DNA of 64,000 nt from Rhizodiscina lignyota. Lineage: Eukaryota. This document shows, piece after piece, positions 60,039 through 64,000 of this stretch (positions are counted from its first letter, which is position 1; each line of letters begins with the position of its first letter). The notes beneath the pieces were generated by a model, which saw only the letters and a list, made by a program, of their open reading frames with translations, searched no databases and had not been told where the DNA came from. The position numbers were made by a program, and so were the translations under genes. Location of the stretch: the NCBI GenBank assembly GCA_010015805.1, contig ML978126.1, positions 1,364,001 through 1,428,000 on the forward strand, in the 5' to 3' direction.

Positions 60039-61622
60039 ATGGCAGCTGCTCAGTTCCAGTTTATTGCATGTCAAACACCGAGCGCAGTCAAGGATCGGTC
60101 GAATCATCGATTGGCTCGCTCTCATGGCGCACGCCACTCCTTTATGGAGAAGCGGCGGAAGCTCGAGCAGCTTCAGGAAAATTTCCGTCTCGTAACTGAG
60201 CAACAGATTCAGCAACAGTCATCGAAGAGCCGTCGTACTCCAGCGGCTCTTCCCACCCCAGCTCGGAGTACCCCGAGCCCAACAACCACGATCCAGCCCA
60301 GTGTACTCGATCCCTTTGACTCTCTCGCTGTAGATTGCTCAAAGCTCCAAGTACTACTCGAGCATCGTAAGTGGTATACCCGTAACAATTCCTCGAATCG
60401 ATGGCTGACTAAATGACAGCGAGTGCCCGCCAAGCTACAGAGCCGGTCTTCAGCATCTCCGATCGCCTTTCGTTTCAAAGCTTTCGATCTGTCTTTCGGA
60501 CCGGCCTTGATGACCCCGCAGCTACGAATGCTTTGATGCTTAGTTTATTGTTCGCAGCAAATGAGGGCAAGGTCGATACAGAGTTCTTGGCTTGCAAGAA
60601 TCAGGCCATCCAGCACATCAACAACAAGATCGCATGTCCTCTCGAGAATTCGATTGAAGCTACCATCGGCTCGATTTTACTGCTAATTGGAGTCGAGGTT
60701 AGTTCTATATCTAACGGCAGTGCCATGTTCTCTTGAGCCTGCCGAGAGGTTAATTAAATGTAGTCTCGGCTAGGAGTTCGTTCCCATGTCCAAATCCATC
60801 TTCAAGGCATTCTCCAACTTCTGGGATTCTGTAATTCCCGACAGATATACCTCTGCGATGGCATTAAGCGTGCTATATTCTGGTCAGTCCATTGTTGATG
60901 ATCGAATTGCTGCTTGCTTACATTATATTGTTAGGCAAGACTTAAATGCAGCACTGACAACTGGTACCGAGCGAATCCTGAGCCACGGTATCTTTCCCGA
61001 GCTTGAATGGCGGCGCGACCCCTTTTGTTTCTCACTTTACACACTTCCAGCTGGCTTTGGGATACATTCAGAACTCTTTCCGGAGGAACTGATCGAGATT
61101 CTGGAAGATATCCACGCGCTGCAACAGATACGAAGCTTGACTGACATGCACGGTGATGCCGTATCTGTGCAACAGCTTGATAATCAACAAGCGTGGATCG
61201 AGTCTCGGCTGTACTATTGCTATCGAGCCACTGACCGGACGGACTTTGTTCTACTCGGCTGTGTAATGGCAGCATACCTTTGCACTTACATGCTATTCGC
61301 TGAAATCTGGGGTGGGCAGTGGATCCCTTCGTTCTGCTCGAGCCAACTCTTGCGCGCTTTGCAGCTCACCGAGAACAGCAGCTACTGGGATGGGCATGAA
61401 GACCTGCTGGTGTGGCTCCTGGTGACGGGCGGGGCGTTCGCCCAACCGGCCTTCAATCGATCGGAATACACGGTGCTTCTACACGGGAGCCACCACGCCG
61501 GGATTGCGCCATTCTTATCCTCTTGGCCCGATGTACAGGACATTCTGCAGAATTTTATCTGGTCAGAGAGACTCTTTTCCGCTCGGGGGAAGGCTTTTTG
61601 GGAAGCTTGCTGCATCTTTTAA
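60039..61622 (+). CDS. Fungal-specific transcription-factor-domain protein lacking a Zn cluster (Fungal_trans_2-like)
   Basis: MAAAQFQFI..RLARSH..LDPFDSL N-terminus, then NQAIQHIN, ILLLIGVE, HLQGI, QDL and LLVWLLVTGG. Three predicted introns. Confidence 0.75.
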
Positions 61623-61829
61623 TCCGGTGACCGCCATCCGAATGCGGTAACAGTCAGGTCTTTCCAAATCAGGCTAGATTGAAACCCATTCATCAGTCAT
61701 GGAAGAGAAAATGCATTTTTGGCGTTCTGTCCATGGGCTTGAAATAAATAAATATGGCGCTGCCATCTGAATTGGAAGTCACAAGCTTGTTCAAACCTCG
61801 ATACTGGGAAAGCGATTCAACGTTTCAAT

Positions 61830-62889
61830 ATGGCACCACCAACAATGGCACGAGAATGGAATGAGGTATGACTTGTATTTCACAACGATTGGATGTGGGC
61901 TTATATGATTTTTACAGTTCGCTAAGTCGTACTCTGTGCCATCGCCATCCTCAATACAAGAGTTCCGAGCGCAGAAGCTGGAACGAATGCTCAAAACACA
62001 AGGATTCCTCAAAGACCCCAACTTTGCGGTTCTTGCAATCGGCGCAAAGGTGGAAAATACTCAGATCACTCTGCCGGAAGTTGCGGGCCATAAGTTTGGA
62101 CTGCGTATTTACCGACCCGCGAGAGAAACCGCCGCGACTTTGCCAATCATGCTGTATTTTCATGGCGGCTACTGGTGTGCGGGCGATGCCAACTCCGAGG
62201 ATTTTGGATGCCGAGCAATCGTGGCGCGTGGGACAGACATTATCATCCTGTCCTTCGAATACAGGCTCATTCCAGAAGTGAAATGGCACACGGTGTTCTC
62301 CGATGCCGAGTATGCAATGAAATGGGCAGCTTTGAATGCGAGCTCGTACGGTGGCGATACCTCGAAAGGCTTTTTAATTGGAGGTGCAGACGCTGGAGCC
62401 CATCTGGCTGCCATTTGCGCGGTTCGAGCTCGCGACAAGTATCCGAACATTAAACTCACTGGCCAAAACCTGATTGTGCCTACTTTTATGGTTTGGCCCG
62501 ACGAAAAGATTCCAGAGTCATGGCGGAGCCGTCTCTCATCACATACTGAAAATGCCGATGCCCCTGTGCTCAACCAGAAGCTCTTCGAAATGTTCTTGTC
62601 CGCGTTGAATGTGCCTGAGGACGAACAACGCAAGGGCGAGAATTTCCCAACGTGGGCGGACCTGAAGGGACTGCCTCCGGCCTACCTCCCAATGGATGAG
62701 TGCGATCCAATCCGAGACCATGGGTTCTTGTACGCCGAGCTGCTTCGCGATGCAGGTGTCTTAACCAGGACGGATTACTACAGAGGCCTGCCAAACATGT
62801 TTGTCCAATTCCCTGAGCTGCCCATGACTGCAATTGCGGGATTCCATCTCTCGGCCGCGATTAAGTGGCTGTTGCAGGAACGGAAATGA
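61830..62889 (+). CDS. Alpha/beta hydrolase fold-3 (HSL family) protein with substituted catalytic residues
   Basis: Exon 1 MAPPTMAREWNE, intron 61866-61917, then RIYRP, YFHGGYW, EYRLIPE, GGADAGAHLA, LPPAY, CDPIRD and YRGLPNMF. Confidence 0.9.
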
Positions 62890-63049
62890 TGTTGAATTGA
62901 GCTTATTGGTTCACTTGAAGAAGTAGTCCTGCCTATAGCACAATCAATGGATATCAAGGTTTTAGCTGGATATGAGATATTCCCTGTTTCACAGTCCCAC
63001 TTAGTTTGAATTAACTACCGAGACTGATTTCAGACAGGATTGCTCAGCC

Positions 63050-63823
63050 TTACGTCAACATCTTCTCAGCCTCACTCTTCAGTGCGGCCATTGCAGTGAA
63101 CTGTAGTGTCGGGCCTACACTAATTCTTGCTACACCAATCTCTGACAATTGAGCCACATTCAGGCCGTCCGGTGACAGCTTCATGGAGACGTTCAGCCGA
63201 CCGTCGAATTCTTTCACCATGCGTTCCACCTCTGCGCGGCTCACACCCCGCTTGGAGCCTCCCCAGACAAACACGGTCGTAGCACCAGCAGCGAGATATT
63301 GCTTTCCGCGGGTGATCACATCGTCCATGCATCCACCCTTGACCAAAGTATCACAACGCGCGTTCAAGGCGAAGTCTGGAACGCCCATCTTTTTTACCAC
63401 TTTCAGCACTCTCTCGATCCTGGCAACTGCTTCCTCGACTGAGTATTGCTTCCCTGTGTCCTTGTCGACATCTTCCATGTTGGCACCGGTGATACCGAGA
63501 TCCAGGAGTTTTGCAAAACCATCTTCAAGCTTGTCGCCGTAACCGTCCTGGAAGTCTACTGACAGTGGCTTATTGTGCTCAGTAGCCACTTTTGCGATGC
63601 CGCGAACACCGTTGAGATTTGTTTCCATATCCAGGTCGTCGTCTTCTAGGCCATATTCTCGCGCAACAGCATAGCTAGCAGTTGCTAGTGCTTTGCAAGA
63701 TGGAATTGATGCCAGAGTGCTCGCAGACAGAATATCCCAGACATTGGCGAAAACTACGGGTGAACCCGGCTTGTGGAGAGCTTTCAGCTCCTTTGCAGTG
63801 GCATTAAGCTTTGTTGAAGCCAT
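63050..63823 (-). CDS. PEP mutase / isocitrate lyase superfamily protein
   Basis: Intronless. LHKPGSPVVFANVWD, ALATASYAVA, PLSVDFQDGYG, GANMED, LNARCD, YLAAGATTVFV and GVARISVGP. Confidence 0.9.
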   Translation of the reverse strand: MASTKLNATAKELKALHKPGSPVVFANVWDILSASTLASIPSCKALATASYAVAREYGLEDDDLDMETNLNGVRGIAKVATEHNKPLSVDFQDGYGDKLEDGFAKLLDLGITGANMEDVDKDTGKQYSVEEAVARIERVLKVVKKMGVPDFALNARCDTLVKGGCMDDVITRGKQYLAAGATTVFVWGGSKRGVSRAEVERMVKEFDGRLNVSMKLSPDGLNVAQLSEIGVARISVGPTLQFTAMAALKSEAEKMLT

Positions 63824-64000
63824 TCTCGTGAGTTTGTGTGGAGGGCTAGTTGTTGTAGGTGAAGTCGAATGCTGATGTCTCTTCCGAGCTGCTGGGCTGC
63901 TGTTCTCCATCACTTTCTTGCACCGTTCATATACTCCGTCGTTTACATTGAGAAGTGTCCGAGTCACAGAGCGACAAAGTTCTCTGGGAGTGCCGAAGCA

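Noticed and set aside
63050..63823. True PepM marking phosphonate biosynthesis
   Set aside because: The diagnostic EDKxxxxxNS motif is absent (it reads EDVDKDTGK), and no phosphonopyruvate decarboxylase is nearby in the window.

Overview
Gene-dense eukaryotic DNA from a filamentous ascomycete (Pezizomycotina, probably Dothideomycete-like; inferred from short GT-AG introns with CTAAC/CTGAC branch sites and from gene content). About 30 protein-coding loci can be supported. Most are housekeeping genes: eIF3b 5' end, AVT3/4-type transporter, VHC1, 14-3-3, EMC2, AP-3 delta, THOC5, EIS1, ATG5, sphingolipid C9-methyltransferase, CobW/ZNG1, RSA4 and MSH4. The most notable observations are: (1) a 215-nt tRNA-like Pol III unit at 16956-17170(-) whose A and B boxes are separated by a ~145-nt highly structured insert; (2) a four-gene block at 57.6-63.8 kb containing a bacterial-type disulfide oxidoreductase, a TF-like gene, an HSL-family hydrolase with Ser->Asp and His->Asn at its catalytic positions, and a PEP-mutase-family enzyme; (3) a NACHT-ankyrin NLR with an extra C-terminal F-box-like/beta-sandwich module, next to an F-box/LRR gene; (4) a SET-domain gene broken by one in-frame TAG; (5) a recurrent telomere-like promoter 11-mer, GGTTAGGGTTG. 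All family calls come from motif recognition by eye. No database searches were run.
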